From: Bdellovibrionota bacterium
Lineage (GTDB): Bacteria > Bdellovibrionota > UBA1018 > CAIPTA01 > JAALKR01
DNA: 64,000 nt
NCBI GenBank assembly: GCA_965207455.1
Contig: CBDBMJ010000001.1
Span: forward strand, 1,504,001 to 1,568,000
Reading direction: 5' to 3'
The notes below the pieces were generated by a model. That model saw nothing but the letters and a program-made list of their open reading frames with translations, searched no databases and was not told where the DNA came from. Position numbers and translations under genes: made by a program. Positions 40,423 through 50,830 of the stretch are shown piece after piece; position 1 is the first letter of the stretch, and each line of letters begins with the position of its first letter.

Positions 40423-41261
40423 AAAACAATACGAATCCCTCCCACATGGTCATACTGCGTATGAATGTCCGTGGTCGTTCGCACAGTGTACTCAAAGGTT
40501 GTTCGTGGTCCGTTCCACATAAGACCAATGCTATGGCCCTTTCTGCCCGACTTAATATTTCTCATAACTCCTCCGGAGAAAATAAATTGTTTGTACACGG
40601 TCAGTTCCCCAGCAACGGACCAGGAGAGATTACCGTCATCCACACTGGAAAGCTTCCTGCCGGCACTGAGGTAGAGATTAAGAGGGCCTAGGATGTCGTA
40701 ACGAAGGCCCAGGGATGCATTGCGACTCTCTTCCCCTAGCTTGTTGTGTATATTCTCCAAAGTAAGCCCCAGATTAAGTTTAGAGGTTAGGAGTATCATG
40801 CCACCGACGTCGCCATAAAAGTGGGCAATATCGTTTTTTCTCACATACTTTAGCCGAGCGCCTAGGGACATTCTTCTGGAAAAGGTGGTACCTAGAACGC
40901 CTGTCCACGTCTTGCGTCGCCCAGAGTAGGAGCTTCCCAATAAGGACGGTTCGTCTCTCGCACTTGTGCTATAGGCAACAGCTCCCTTGAGTTTCTTGGA
41001 ACTCACAGCATCATACATGCCTAAATGTATGTCCTGCCCCCTGCTATTTTCCCTCCCTTCCTTTGTAATCCGGGAATAGTAAAAAAACATCGCATTTTTA
41101 CGAATAAAGGCGACTGCCGCTGGGTTTCCAAACACGGAGTCCGAGGGAAGGCCTGAAGCAGCTCCACCCACAAGACCGTGTATTCGTGGCGTATACGACC
41201 GGGCTGACGCTGAGAGCATGCAGCAAACAAAAATAAAAAATAATGTTATTTTTCCCATCAA
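40419..41261 (-). CDS. Outer-membrane beta-barrel protein
   Basis: Signal peptide, NPAA plug-like motif, amphipathic strands, C-terminal Phe. Confidence 0.7.
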   Translation of the reverse strand: MMGKITLFFIFVCCMLSASARSYTPRIHGLVGGAASGLPSDSVFGNPAAVAFIRKNAMFFYYSRITKEGRENSRGQDIHLGMYDAVSSKKLKGAVAYSTSARDEPSLLGSSYSGRRKTWTGVLGTTFSRRMSLGARLKYVRKNDIAHFYGDVGGMILLTSKLNLGLTLENIHNKLGEESRNASLGLRYDILGPLNLYLSAGRKLSSVDDGNLSWSVAGELTVYKQFIFSGGVMRNIKSGRKGHSIGLMWNGPRTTFEYTVRTTTDIHTQYDHVGGIRIVF

Positions 41262-41337
41262 TTCCCCTTACACTCTTATTTTGCAGCATTTTGTTATTCA
41301 AATCCAATGCTTTTTGCTAGGGTCTTATGGGAGGGAA

Positions 41338-42162
41338 ATGGCAGGTATTCGTACAGCAGTGATTCCAGTGGCAGGTAGGGGCACTCGACTCCAACCCATC
41401 ACTAGGGCGATTCCCAAGGAGTTGCTTCCCATCGTGGATCGTCCAATGATAGAGTATGTGGTCCGGGAGGCTCTGGAGGCCGGGATAGAGGAAATTATTC
41501 TTATCTCTTCCTCTGAAAAGCCTTCCATCGAGAATTACCTTTCTGAGACGTTTCCTAAAGTAAGGTTTCGTTCCTTGCAGCAGCCTTCCCCCTTGGGTTT
41601 AGGTCATGCCATTGCTTGTGCAAGGCCTGCGGTGAAAAATGAAGCATTTGCTGTTCTACTGAGCGACGATATCATGGTGAGCACAAATCCCTGTATTGGT
41701 CAGTTGATGGAGGTCCATAATAAATACGAGGGTGCTCCTGTGGTGGGCATGATAAAAGTGAGACCTGCCGAGACTGTTCATTATGGTATTGCTGATGGAA
41801 AAGAAATCCAGAAAGGGTTGTTAGAGATAAATAATCTCTTGGAAAAGCCAAAATTAGGTGAGGTTTCTTCTTGCTGGGCGCTTCCAGGTCGATATATTCT
41901 CAGTCCAGAAATTTTCGACATACTGGATGAGGCAAAGCCATCGGTGGGAGGAGAGATACAGCTCACCGACTCTCTAGATCGTTTGGCAAAAGCTCGTCCA
42001 CTCTATGGTTTAGAATTAGAGGCGCATCGCTTCGACGTTGGTAACAGACTCGGGCTCATCCGGGCCACACTACATTTTGCCCTTTCCCGAAAGGAGCTTA
42101 GAGATGGTATTGTGGAAATAACAGAGGAAATAATAGAAAAAATAAAAGGAAACAAGCTATGA
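41338..42162 (+). CDS. galU: UTP--glucose-1-phosphate uridylyltransferase
   Basis: VIPVAGRGTR, PKELLPI, LGLGHA, GEIQLTD. Confidence 0.94.
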   Translation: MAGIRTAVIPVAGRGTRLQPITRAIPKELLPIVDRPMIEYVVREALEAGIEEIILISSSEKPSIENYLSETFPKVRFRSLQQPSPLGLGHAIACARPAVKNEAFAVLLSDDIMVSTNPCIGQLMEVHNKYEGAPVVGMIKVRPAETVHYGIADGKEIQKGLLEINNLLEKPKLGEVSSCWALPGRYILSPEIFDILDEAKPSVGGEIQLTDSLDRLAKARPLYGLELEAHRFDVGNRLGLIRATLHFALSRKELRDGIVEITEEIIEKIKGNKL

Positions 42163-43055
42163 CAAAAAGTATAAAAACCTTGCAGGGATTTGCTCTTCTC
42201 ACCGTTGCTCTTCTTTTCCCATTGGAGCAGGCGCTTTCCCATATTGTTCCTGCCTATTATATGGCAGAGCGGATCACTCGACCCAAAAAAGACGTACAAG
42301 AGGTGCTCATAGGTTATCGTCTATTCTTTCCTTCCAGCAGCACCAGCAAAAAGATACTCTGGGAGGATCGTTTATATTTTTCTAGTAATGTTGGATTGAA
42401 GGCAACAACACAACAGGCTGTGCCCTTTCTTCCCATGCTCCTAGAGTCCTCTCCTGAAGCATTACTCCATGCTTGGCGAGCTTTTGGTCTACCCACGCCG
42501 TCGGAAAAAGATTTAGTAAAGGTATATGATCCTGAATCCACGCTTGAATCCAAACTTAAATCCACAATTGAGGATCCTTTAGCCAAGCACAGGAAGTTTT
42601 TCCCTCCTCGTAGGCTTTTTTATATTGAAGACAAGAGTGTCACGATCGATCAATATAATGAAGCCATTGTGTATAAAATAGTTGACGAAAAAAAAGAGAG
42701 GAAAATTTTCATTCGTAGAAACAATTTTCGTCCCATTGCCATGGAGTATGCTTGCCCTGAGGAACTATACGACCTGAAGGGTGGGAGTGCCGAAAAAGAT
42801 CCATGCACGATAGAGTTTAGTGAGTTTTCCAGGAATAAAAAGATACCTTTCCGGGCCCACCTAAAAATAGGCAAAAGAAGTATTCTCACCTTTGAAATCT
42901 TTAAAATTCGCATCAACCCTTCCAAAAAAATCATGGACGAATTCAGGACTTTCCCTAGGAAAAAGCTTTTAGGCGACGAGGATGAAATCATTCCCATATT
43001 TCATAAATACTTCCTCAGTCAAGGCCTCGGTCAAAGAGAAACGTTCAAACAATGA
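42159..43055 (+). CDS. Hypothetical exported protein
   Basis: Signal peptide; overlaps galU and priA by 4 bp each. Confidence 0.7.
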   Translation: MTKSIKTLQGFALLTVALLFPLEQALSHIVPAYYMAERITRPKKDVQEVLIGYRLFFPSSSTSKKILWEDRLYFSSNVGLKATTQQAVPFLPMLLESSPEALLHAWRAFGLPTPSEKDLVKVYDPESTLESKLKSTIEDPLAKHRKFFPPRRLFYIEDKSVTIDQYNEAIVYKIVDEKKERKIFIRRNNFRPIAMEYACPEELYDLKGGSAEKDPCTIEFSEFSRNKKIPFRAHLKIGKRSILTFEIFKIRINPSKKIMDEFRTFPRKKLLGDEDEIIPIFHKYFLSQGLGQRETFKQ

Positions 43056-45217
43056 TCGCTAACGTTATCCTGCCGGCCCCCATTCCCAAGTTAAGCTACG
43101 GCGTGCCCAAGCACCTGGAAGGAAAGCTTTCTGTGGGAGATGCAGTGACCGTTCCTTTAAGAAAAAAAGAAACTTTTGGCTATATTGCGGAATTTATGGA
43201 CGAGAAAAAAGACATGGAAGTGAAAAATATTATTGCTTCCAATGAGGGGCGCCCCAGCCTAGATGAGGAATTTTTATCTTTCTTACAATGGGTGGCTCAG
43301 TACTACCACTACCCAGTGGGAGAAGTTCTACGAATGGTCTTAGTCGATCCCAAAATTAAGAAAAAAAAAATATACTCTTTGGGCAGTCGCCAGCCTTCGG
43401 ATAAAGAGCTGGAGTTATTTTCCAAGCGTTCAGGAAAGCGTCTTGCTCTTTTAAATTATTTAAAGGAAGAGGGGAGTGTGGGGGCGATTCCCAAGCTCTA
43501 TAAAAATGTTTTCTCTCCCTTGAAAAAAGAAGGCTTTATATGCGAAACCTTAGTGGAGGAGGAGCCTCAGTTCCTTTCCCAAGAATCTTTTTTCCCCACC
43601 AAGGCCACCCTACCTCGACTCAACAAGGAGCAACGTGTGGCATACGACACCGTATCTGCTGCCATTACAAAATCCCAGTACCAAGGTTTTCTACTCCACG
43701 GAATCACAGGCAGTGGAAAAACAGAAGTCTACCTTTCTGCCGCAAAATACGCTTTGGGAAAAGGGAAATCTGTGCTCATACTTGTGCCGGAAATATCCTT
43801 AACTCCGCAGTTGCTTGCCCGGGCAAGGGCACACCTTGGAAATAATATTGCCGTTATCCATTCCAGTTTGACAAAGCGGGAGCGAAACCAACAGTGGGAG
43901 TTAATTTATACGGGTAAGGCAAAAATTGCTCTTGGTGTCCGTTCCACCATATTCGCCCCCATGGCAAACATTGGTTTAATTATTGTGGATGAAGAGCATG
44001 AATCTTCATTTAAGCAAGAGGATCGCTTGCGATATAACGCTAGAGATATGGCACTTGTTCGTGGAAAGCGTTCCAAGGCGGTTGTGATTTTAGGTAGTGC
44101 CACCCCTTCCCTAGAAAGTTACTACCACTGCCTAAACGGAAAGTTGGAGAAACTTTCCTTGAAAAATCGTCCCAACCACTGCACGCCTCCAGATATGGAG
44201 ATCATTAACTTGCGAAAAGAAAAAGGACTCTTCTCCAATCGCTTGATAAAAAAAATAGAGGAAACGTTAGAGAGAAAAAAGCAAATTATCTTATTTCTCA
44301 ACCGACGAGGTTCTGCCTCTTTTCTCCTCTGCGATTCCTGCGGCCATGTGCCTGAGTGCAAGCACTGTAGTGTGAGCCTTATCTACTATGAAAGGAAGAA
44401 TAAGCTCTCTTGCCATTACTGTGGATATACGGAACCAAGGATGCGTAAGTGTGGGCAGTGTGATCACAGTCCTCTATCTGGAGGAACTCCAGGAACGGAG
44501 TTTGTGGAAAAGGAGCTAAAAACTTTTTTTCCCAATGCGAGAATTCTTCGCATGGACAGGGAAACAACCAGCAACAAGGGTGCATTGGAGAAAAATCTTT
44601 CTGCCATTTCCAACCAAGAGTGCGACATTATCGTGGGAACTCAAATGATTGCCAAGGGTCATGACTATCCAAACATTGAGTTAGTGGCTTCCATTAATTC
44701 TGATACAGCCTTAAAAATTCCCGACTTTCGTGCCAATGAAACCTGCTTCCAGTTGCTTACACAGGTGGCAGGTCGTGCGGGTAGGGGGAAGCATAAAGGC
44801 TTTGTTCTATTGCAGACCTATAACCCCACCCATCCCAGTATTAGGCACACCAAAAACTATGCGTACGAGGATTTTGCACGGGAGGAATTGGAAAAGCGTT
44901 TAGAGTTTCACTATCCCCCTTATTTTCGAATTGCCCTCATTATTGTGAGTAGCAAGATAGAGAGCCACACACAAAAAACAGCACAGAAGATTTATGCTCA
45001 ACTCCAGGGTGCCGTGGATAAAACAGTGGAGCTTTTGGGACCCACGCCGGCTGCAATACAGAAAGTACAAAACAAGTACCGCTGGAATATACTTATAAAA
45101 GCTAAGGACGCTTCCAAAATAAATCGCTTATTGGGTGATGGGTTACCTCATTGGAGAAAGCTTTGTCATAGGAGTACTCGCATTAGTGTGGATGTGGATC
45201 CCGTCTCTTTGCTTTAG
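43052..45217 (+). CDS. priA: Primosomal protein N'
   Basis: GITGSGKTEVY, DEEH, four CxxC, GTQMIAKGHD, QVAGRAGR. Confidence 0.97.
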   Translation: MIANVILPAPIPKLSYGVPKHLEGKLSVGDAVTVPLRKKETFGYIAEFMDEKKDMEVKNIIASNEGRPSLDEEFLSFLQWVAQYYHYPVGEVLRMVLVDPKIKKKKIYSLGSRQPSDKELELFSKRSGKRLALLNYLKEEGSVGAIPKLYKNVFSPLKKEGFICETLVEEEPQFLSQESFFPTKATLPRLNKEQRVAYDTVSAAITKSQYQGFLLHGITGSGKTEVYLSAAKYALGKGKSVLILVPEISLTPQLLARARAHLGNNIAVIHSSLTKRERNQQWELIYTGKAKIALGVRSTIFAPMANIGLIIVDEEHESSFKQEDRLRYNARDMALVRGKRSKAVVILGSATPSLESYYHCLNGKLEKLSLKNRPNHCTPPDMEIINLRKEKGLFSNRLIKKIEETLERKKQIILFLNRRGSASFLLCDSCGHVPECKHCSVSLIYYERKNKLSCHYCGYTEPRMRKCGQCDHSPLSGGTPGTEFVEKELKTFFPNARILRMDRETTSNKGALEKNLSAISNQECDIIVGTQMIAKGHDYPNIELVASINSDTALKIPDFRANETCFQLLTQVAGRAGRGKHKGFVLLQTYNPTHPSIRHTKNYAYEDFAREELEKRLEFHYPPYFRIALIIVSSKIESHTQKTAQKIYAQLQGAVDKTVELLGPTPAAIQKVQNKYRWNILIKAKDASKINRLLGDGLPHWRKLCHRSTRISVDVDPVSLL

Positions 45218-45219
45218 TG

Positions 45220-46020
45220 TTATTGAACTTTTGTTCCCACCCTGCCTAGGCGAGGGATGATATAGAAGTCGTCGAAGCTCCAATTTGTCACAACATTTAA
45301 CCAAATAAACAGGGCTTTTCCTTTGATATTTCTTACGGGCACAAACCCCCATGCACGGGAGTCTGAGCTTCGATCCCGGTTATCTCCCATAACAAAAACT
45401 TTATCTGCGGGAACGGTTATGGGTCCGTAGTCGGAGCCAATCACATTCCGTTCATCATGGAGTACGGGATGTTTGTGTCCCCGTAGGTCTGCCATATAGA
45501 GGGTTAAAATAGATTGATCCGCCTTATCTATAATACCTGAAGACAGTTCTGCATTCTCATGGGGGGTTTCAGAGACCACTACATCGTTAATAAATAAAGA
45601 TTTATTACGAACGGCAATTCTATCTCCTGGTAAACCAATTACCCGTTTAATATAATTTGTGGACTCGTCTCTGGGATAGCGAAAGACAATAACGTCGCCC
45701 CGTTTGGGAACGCTGCGCTTGGTGATATATATGGGATGTCCGAAGGTGGCACTAAAGGGAAGTTTTAGTCCGTAGGCAAATTTATTTACAAAAATATGAT
45801 CCCCGATAAAGAGGGTGGGTATCATGGAGCCTGAGGGTATTTTGTAGGGTTCCACAAGAGAGGAGCGCACCACCAGTACAATAACAATCGCTATAGCTAG
45901 TTGTTTTCCTGTGTCGGCAATCCAAAACTTGAATTGATCCCATGGGGAAGCGCTGTGTTTTTTGGGACTGAGTCCCTTGGGACTGAGTCCCTTTTTTGAT
46001 TTTTTTTGATTTTTTTTCAT
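45220..46020 (-). CDS. lepB: Signal peptidase I
   Basis: IPSGSM.PTL, YIKRVIGLPGD, GDNRD.S.DSR. Confidence 0.96.
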   Translation of the reverse strand: MKKNQKKSKKGLSPKGLSPKKHSASPWDQFKFWIADTGKQLAIAIVIVLVVRSSLVEPYKIPSGSMIPTLFIGDHIFVNKFAYGLKLPFSATFGHPIYITKRSVPKRGDVIVFRYPRDESTNYIKRVIGLPGDRIAVRNKSLFINDVVVSETPHENAELSSGIIDKADQSILTLYMADLRGHKHPVLHDERNVIGSDYGPITVPADKVFVMGDNRDRSSDSRAWGFVPVRNIKGKALFIWLNVVTNWSFDDFYIIPRLGRVGTKVQ

Positions 46021-46051
46021 GCTCTTTTATCCTTAATGATACCTTAAAATT

Positions 46052-47158
46052 ATGAATCTTCTCGACCGTTATATTGCCTCTGAATTCTGGCGATCTTTTT
46101 TTCATGCCCTTATAGCCTTACTCACTCTTTTTATTGGAGTAAGTTCGTTGCGTCAAGGGATTAAAAAAGAAATTCTCCCAATACATGCACTGCAATATAC
46201 CCTATATGAAGTCCCAGAGGTTCTTGTGCTCCTCTTGCCTGTCGCCTGCTTAATTGGCGCGTTCCTATCTCTATCTGCCATGGCTCGACGGGGGGAAATT
46301 GTCGCTCTATTTGCTTCCTCAGTCAGTTTGCTGCGCATCTGCCTAGTCCTCCTTTGTCTTGCGGCCATCCTCTCCTGCTTTTCTCTTATCATTACTGACC
46401 GGGTTATTCCACCTGTAACAAAAAGTAAAAACCATTTCCAGCGGACTGTAATAGAGAAAAAAACTAGTCTACAAACAAATATTACCCGAAGTGGAATTTG
46501 GTACAAAAGTAAAAATATTATCTACAATCTAGGCGTTTTTCATCCTGAAGGTAATAAAATAGAAGATCTCACTACCTATACGTTTAACCAAAAATTTAAT
46601 CTGGTGGAAAAAGTAAACGCTAGGGTAGCTCGGTATAAAGATGGTCATTGGGAGCTTACCGATGGTCGAATTACTAGGTTTGAGGGAGTGCTTGCCACGC
46701 CCGTTACCACCACATTTAAAGAAAAAGCTTTCTTCCTCAAGGAAACCCCTGAGGATTTTAAGAGTATTGAAAAAGAAGTGCAGACTCTTCGCTTAAAATA
46801 CCTATGGCAGTTTATCCTTCATAACCGGTCGGCTGGAATTAATACGGCTCCTCAGGAAATGCTCTTTTGGTCAAAAATTAACCTGGCCCTGCTGCCCCTG
46901 ATCATGACTCTTATCGCTATCCCGATTTGCGCTCAGCATCAACGCAAGCCTAACTCCGCAAAAAGTCTTACTGTATGCCTTTTACTCATGGTGGCATACT
47001 GGGTATTCTATTCCTTTTCCTCTTCCTTGGGTCGATCGGCGACCCTTAGTCCTTTAATTTCCATATTCCTTCCCACGATTGTTTTTGCTCTCTTGGGGAT
47101 AGCAATGGTGGTAAAAAAAGAAAAAAGGATATCGGCATGGCCATTCTTGAAATTTTAA
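46052..47158 (+). CDS. lptG: LPS export permease LptG/LptF
   Basis: LLDRYI N-terminus, GEIVAL..S, 3+3 TM around a periplasmic beta domain. Confidence 0.8.
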   Translation: MNLLDRYIASEFWRSFFHALIALLTLFIGVSSLRQGIKKEILPIHALQYTLYEVPEVLVLLLPVACLIGAFLSLSAMARRGEIVALFASSVSLLRICLVLLCLAAILSCFSLIITDRVIPPVTKSKNHFQRTVIEKKTSLQTNITRSGIWYKSKNIIYNLGVFHPEGNKIEDLTTYTFNQKFNLVEKVNARVARYKDGHWELTDGRITRFEGVLATPVTTTFKEKAFFLKETPEDFKSIEKEVQTLRLKYLWQFILHNRSAGINTAPQEMLFWSKINLALLPLIMTLIAIPICAQHQRKPNSAKSLTVCLLLMVAYWVFYSFSSSLGRSATLSPLISIFLPTIVFALLGIAMVVKKEKRISAWPFLKF

Positions 47159-47646
47159 CCTACCCCAACTCGCAGTTGGCAATTCCCAGTACTCCGGTGG
47201 AGCGATTCGACGGTGATTTAAAAAAGCTTGTAGGGGACATGGCAGAAACTATGTACGCAGCCGACGGTATTGGGTTAGCGGCTCCTCAGGTAAATGTTCA
47301 TAAGAACATTTTTGTTATCGACATTCATTATGTGTTGAAAGAGGGCACCCCAAATCTTCTTGTATTTATCAATCCGAAAATATCCAATCTTCAGGGAAAA
47401 GCCACCTATAAAGAGGGTTGCCTAAGTGTGCCGGGTATTTATGAGGATGTGGAGCGAGCTGAAAGCATTTCTCTCGAATACCACGACGTGGAGGGAAGTC
47501 TCCATACTGAAAATGTAACAGACCTACTTGCCACTGCCATACAGCATGAAAATGATCATCTCTTGGGGAGGCTTTTTATCGACCGTTTGAGTTTTGTAAA
47601 GAGTCGATCTGTGAAGCGAAAAATTAAAAAAGGGAGTCTTAGTTGA
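47137..47646 (+). CDS. def: Peptide deformylase
   Basis: GIGLAAPQ, EGCLS, QHENDH. Confidence 0.97.
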   Translation: MAILEILTYPNSQLAIPSTPVERFDGDLKKLVGDMAETMYAADGIGLAAPQVNVHKNIFVIDIHYVLKEGTPNLLVFINPKISNLQGKATYKEGCLSVPGIYEDVERAESISLEYHDVEGSLHTENVTDLLATAIQHENDHLLGRLFIDRLSFVKSRSVKRKIKKGSLS

Positions 47647-48596
47647 AAATTGTTTTTTTGGGCAGTCCAGATTTTGCTCTTCCTTCCCTATCGGCTCTCC
47701 TAACGACCCATGAGGTTTGTGGTGTTATTACGCCAATTGATCGTCCGTCGGGAAGGGGGCAAAAGCCTAAGTCTGTGGCAGTGGCTCAGTATTGTAAGGA
47801 AAACGCAATGGATTTGCTCCAAACAGACGATGTCAATAACAAAAAAACCTTGGCTTGGTTAAAGGAAAAAAAGCCAGATATCCTCGTAGTTGTGGCGTTT
47901 GGCAAATTTCTAAAAAAAGATCTGTTAGCTTTTTGCGATCATCCTCCCGTGAACCTCCACCCCTCCAAGCTCCCTCAATTGCGTGGGGCTGCTCCCATAC
48001 AATGGGCGATTATCAATGGATTAAAAACCACTGGGTTAAGCACTCAGTTTATGGTTTTGGAGATGGATGCTGGAGACATTCTTCTACAGGAAAGTATGAG
48101 CATACTCCCTAACGAAACTGCGGGTGAGCTCCAGGATCGGTTGAAGGAATTGGGAAGTGCTCTTTTAGTGGAGACTATAAATAAAATTGAAGAGAAAAAA
48201 ATAGTGCCCAAAGCGCAGAGGAAGGTGGATGTGAGTTTTGCTCCTCCTTTAAAAAAAATCGATGGCATTTTGGACTGGAGGCAGAAAAAACTTATTATAC
48301 ACAATCGGATCCGGGGCCTGAACCCATGGCCGATGGCATCAAGCACCTTTCGAAAGGAGTCCATTAAAATACTACGAAGCTGTGTGCCTAAGAGCCAGGA
48401 TTGTCCCCCTAGTCTCCCCTCCACCCCAGGGGCTTTTCGCTTTTATGGGGAGCGTTTGTTTGTGCAAGCACAGGATGGCGCCTTGGAGATTCTGGGCCTA
48501 CAGTTGGCTGGTAAGCGAGCCATATTGCCTATGGACTTCGCTAATGGTATGAGAGGATTAAAATTAGACGAAGCGAAGTATTACTTTGGAGAATAG
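47643..48596 (+). CDS. fmt: Methionyl-tRNA formyltransferase
   Basis: FLGSPDFA, NLHPSKLP.LRGAAPI, MDAGD. Confidence 0.96.
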   Translation: MKIVFLGSPDFALPSLSALLTTHEVCGVITPIDRPSGRGQKPKSVAVAQYCKENAMDLLQTDDVNNKKTLAWLKEKKPDILVVVAFGKFLKKDLLAFCDHPPVNLHPSKLPQLRGAAPIQWAIINGLKTTGLSTQFMVLEMDAGDILLQESMSILPNETAGELQDRLKELGSALLVETINKIEEKKIVPKAQRKVDVSFAPPLKKIDGILDWRQKKLIIHNRIRGLNPWPMASSTFRKESIKILRSCVPKSQDCPPSLPSTPGAFRFYGERLFVQAQDGALEILGLQLAGKRAILPMDFANGMRGLKLDEAKYYFGE

Positions 48597-49265
48597 ATGG
48601 AAAACAATATACGAATCGCCCCCAGTATTTTAGCTGCCAATTTTGCCCGACTGGAGGAGGAGATACAAAAGGTACAAAAGGCAGGGGCAGACTGGATCCA
48701 TGTGGATGTTATGGATGGGCATTTTGTTCCCAATATTACCATTGGTCCTCCTGTGGTAAGTGCAATTCATAAGCTCAAGGCTCTTCCCTTAGATGTGCAT
48801 TTAATGATTAGCAACCCGGAAAAATATATCGACGATTTTATACAAGCAGGGGCCAGCTACGTAACCATTCATCAGGAGAGCACTCCCCACCTTCACCGGG
48901 CCGTACATATGATAAAAGATGCTGGTGTGAAGGCGGGTGTGGCCTTAAATCCTGCCACTCCCGTATCCAGTATTGAGGATATTGTAGGCTCCGTGGATTT
49001 GGTGTTGGTTATGAGTGTAAACCCGGGCTTTGGTGGTCAATCGTTTATTCCTTCCACTATTCAGAAATGTAAGTTGTTAAGCCAAATTCGCCACGAGTTG
49101 GGTTTGCGTTTTCTCATTGAGGTAGATGGTGGGGTGAACGCAAAAAACTCAGAGGATTTACAAAACGCAGGAGTGGATGTGCTTGTTGCTGGCAGTGCTA
49201 TTTTCCAGTCGTCTAATTATAAAGTAGCTATAGAAGAAATTAGAAATGCCCCAAGCAAAAAGTAA
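48597..49265 (+). CDS. rpe: Ribulose-phosphate 3-epimerase
   Basis: HVDVMDGHFVPN, MSVNPGFGGQ, EVDGG. Confidence 0.97.
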   Translation: MENNIRIAPSILAANFARLEEEIQKVQKAGADWIHVDVMDGHFVPNITIGPPVVSAIHKLKALPLDVHLMISNPEKYIDDFIQAGASYVTIHQESTPHLHRAVHMIKDAGVKAGVALNPATPVSSIEDIVGSVDLVLVMSVNPGFGGQSFIPSTIQKCKLLSQIRHELGLRFLIEVDGGVNAKNSEDLQNAGVDVLVAGSAIFQSSNYKVAIEEIRNAPSKK

Positions 49266-50829
49266 AAATATTTTTATAGATGGAGATTCTTTATATCTAT
49301 CTACTGTTATTGCCGTAAGCCAAGGGAAGCCTTCTGTAAAACTTTCTCCTAAGGCGAGAAAAAAAGTAGCTGCTTCTCATCGTCATGTAAACAATTTAGT
49401 GGAGAGCACCAGTCCCATTTATGGTATCAATACGGGTTTTGGTCTTTTGAGCGACGTGCGAATCCCCAAGAACAAATTAAAAGAGTTGCAAGTAAATTTA
49501 TTACGTTCCCATGCCTGTGGAGTGGGCGATCCCCTTAGTAAAGAAATTGTTCGTGCAGCCCTACTCCTTCGAGCCAATACTTTGGCAAAGGGTCATTCCG
49601 GTTGTTCCCCGGAGCTGATCGACGCTATTCTTGCTCTACTGAACAACGATATTATCCCTTGGGTTCCTGAGCAGGGAAGTGTGGGGGCTTGCGGTGATCT
49701 GGCTCCACTGGCCCACCTAAGTCTAGTGCTTATTGGAGAGGGAGAGGCGTACATTCGAAATAAATTAGTTTCTGGAAAAAAAGCTCTTCGGTCTGCTGGT
49801 CTTTCTCCGTATGAGTTAAAGCCTAAGGAGGGTTTATGTTTAATCAATGGCACTCAAATAATGACGGCCATTGGATCTTTTGTTATTCATCATGCGCTTA
49901 ACTTAGTGAGTATAGCAGACATTGCTGGGGCCATGAGTTTGGAGGCTTTTCGAGGAACCAATCAATCTTATCACCCGGCTGTGCATGGAGTGCGTGCCCA
50001 TAAGGGTCAGATAAAAGTAGCAAAAAATTTATTACAGCTTACAAAAAATAGTGCCATTGCTAAAAGTCATTTGGAATGTGGGCGTATCCAGGATCCTTAT
50101 AGTTTTCGTTGTATGCCTCAGGTGCATGGTATTTCTAGGGAGTATGTGGATCAAAGCAAGCAGACTTTGGAGACGGAATGTAATTCTGCTACAGATAATC
50201 CTTTAATTTTTTTACCTGACGGGAAGAAAACGGTTGGTTTACGTAATAATGGTGTTATTTCTGGAGGAAATTTTCATGGTCAGTACATGGCCATGACCAT
50301 GGACGTGGTTGCCATTGCTCTTTCAGAGTTAGCAAATATTGCCGACCAGCGCATGCAAAAGCTTATTAACCCGACCATGAGTCAATTGCCTGCCTTCCTG
50401 ACTCCCGATCCTGGTCTCCATTCAGGAATGATGATTGTGCAGGTGGCTTCTGCTTCTCTAGTGTCGGAAAATAAGTCCCTTGCCCACCCTGCGTCCGTTG
50501 ATTCCATTTCCACTAGTGCGGATAAGGAAGATCATGTGAGTATGGGAGTGACTGCTGCAAGAAAGGCTTTAAAAATTGTACAAAATTTGCAAAATACTTT
50601 AGCCATGGAATTGCTTTGTGCTTCTCAGGGGTTGGAGTTTTTAAAGCCCCTAAAAGCAGGAACAGGCGTAAATGCTGCGTACAAAGAAATTCGAAAAGTG
50701 GTTCGACCCATAAAAAAAGACAGGCCCTTTCATAAAGACATAGAAGCGATTGCGAAAATTATTGAAGACGGTTCTTTACTTCGTTGTGTGGAAAAGGCTA
50801 TAAAATTTTCCTTACTAGGAGGAAGGTAG
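49246..50829 (+). CDS. hutH: Histidine ammonia-lyase
   Basis: [17 protein letters not shown] (ACG variant of the ASG MIO motif), [14 protein letters not shown]. Confidence 0.95.
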   Translation: MPQAKSKNIFIDGDSLYLSTVIAVSQGKPSVKLSPKARKKVAASHRHVNNLVESTSPIYGINTGFGLLSDVRIPKNKLKELQVNLLRSHACGVGDPLSKEIVRAALLLRANTLAKGHSGCSPELIDAILALLNNDIIPWVPEQGSVGACGDLAPLAHLSLVLIGEGEAYIRNKLVSGKKALRSAGLSPYELKPKEGLCLINGTQIMTAIGSFVIHHALNLVSIADIAGAMSLEAFRGTNQSYHPAVHGVRAHKGQIKVAKNLLQLTKNSAIAKSHLECGRIQDPYSFRCMPQVHGISREYVDQSKQTLETECNSATDNPLIFLPDGKKTVGLRNNGVISGGNFHGQYMAMTMDVVAIALSELANIADQRMQKLINPTMSQLPAFLTPDPGLHSGMMIVQVASASLVSENKSLAHPASVDSISTSADKEDHVSMGVTAARKALKIVQNLQNTLAMELLCASQGLEFLKPLKAGTGVNAAYKEIRKVVRPIKKDRPFHKDIEAIAKIIEDGSLLRCVEKAIKFSLLGGR

Positions 50830-50830
50830 G

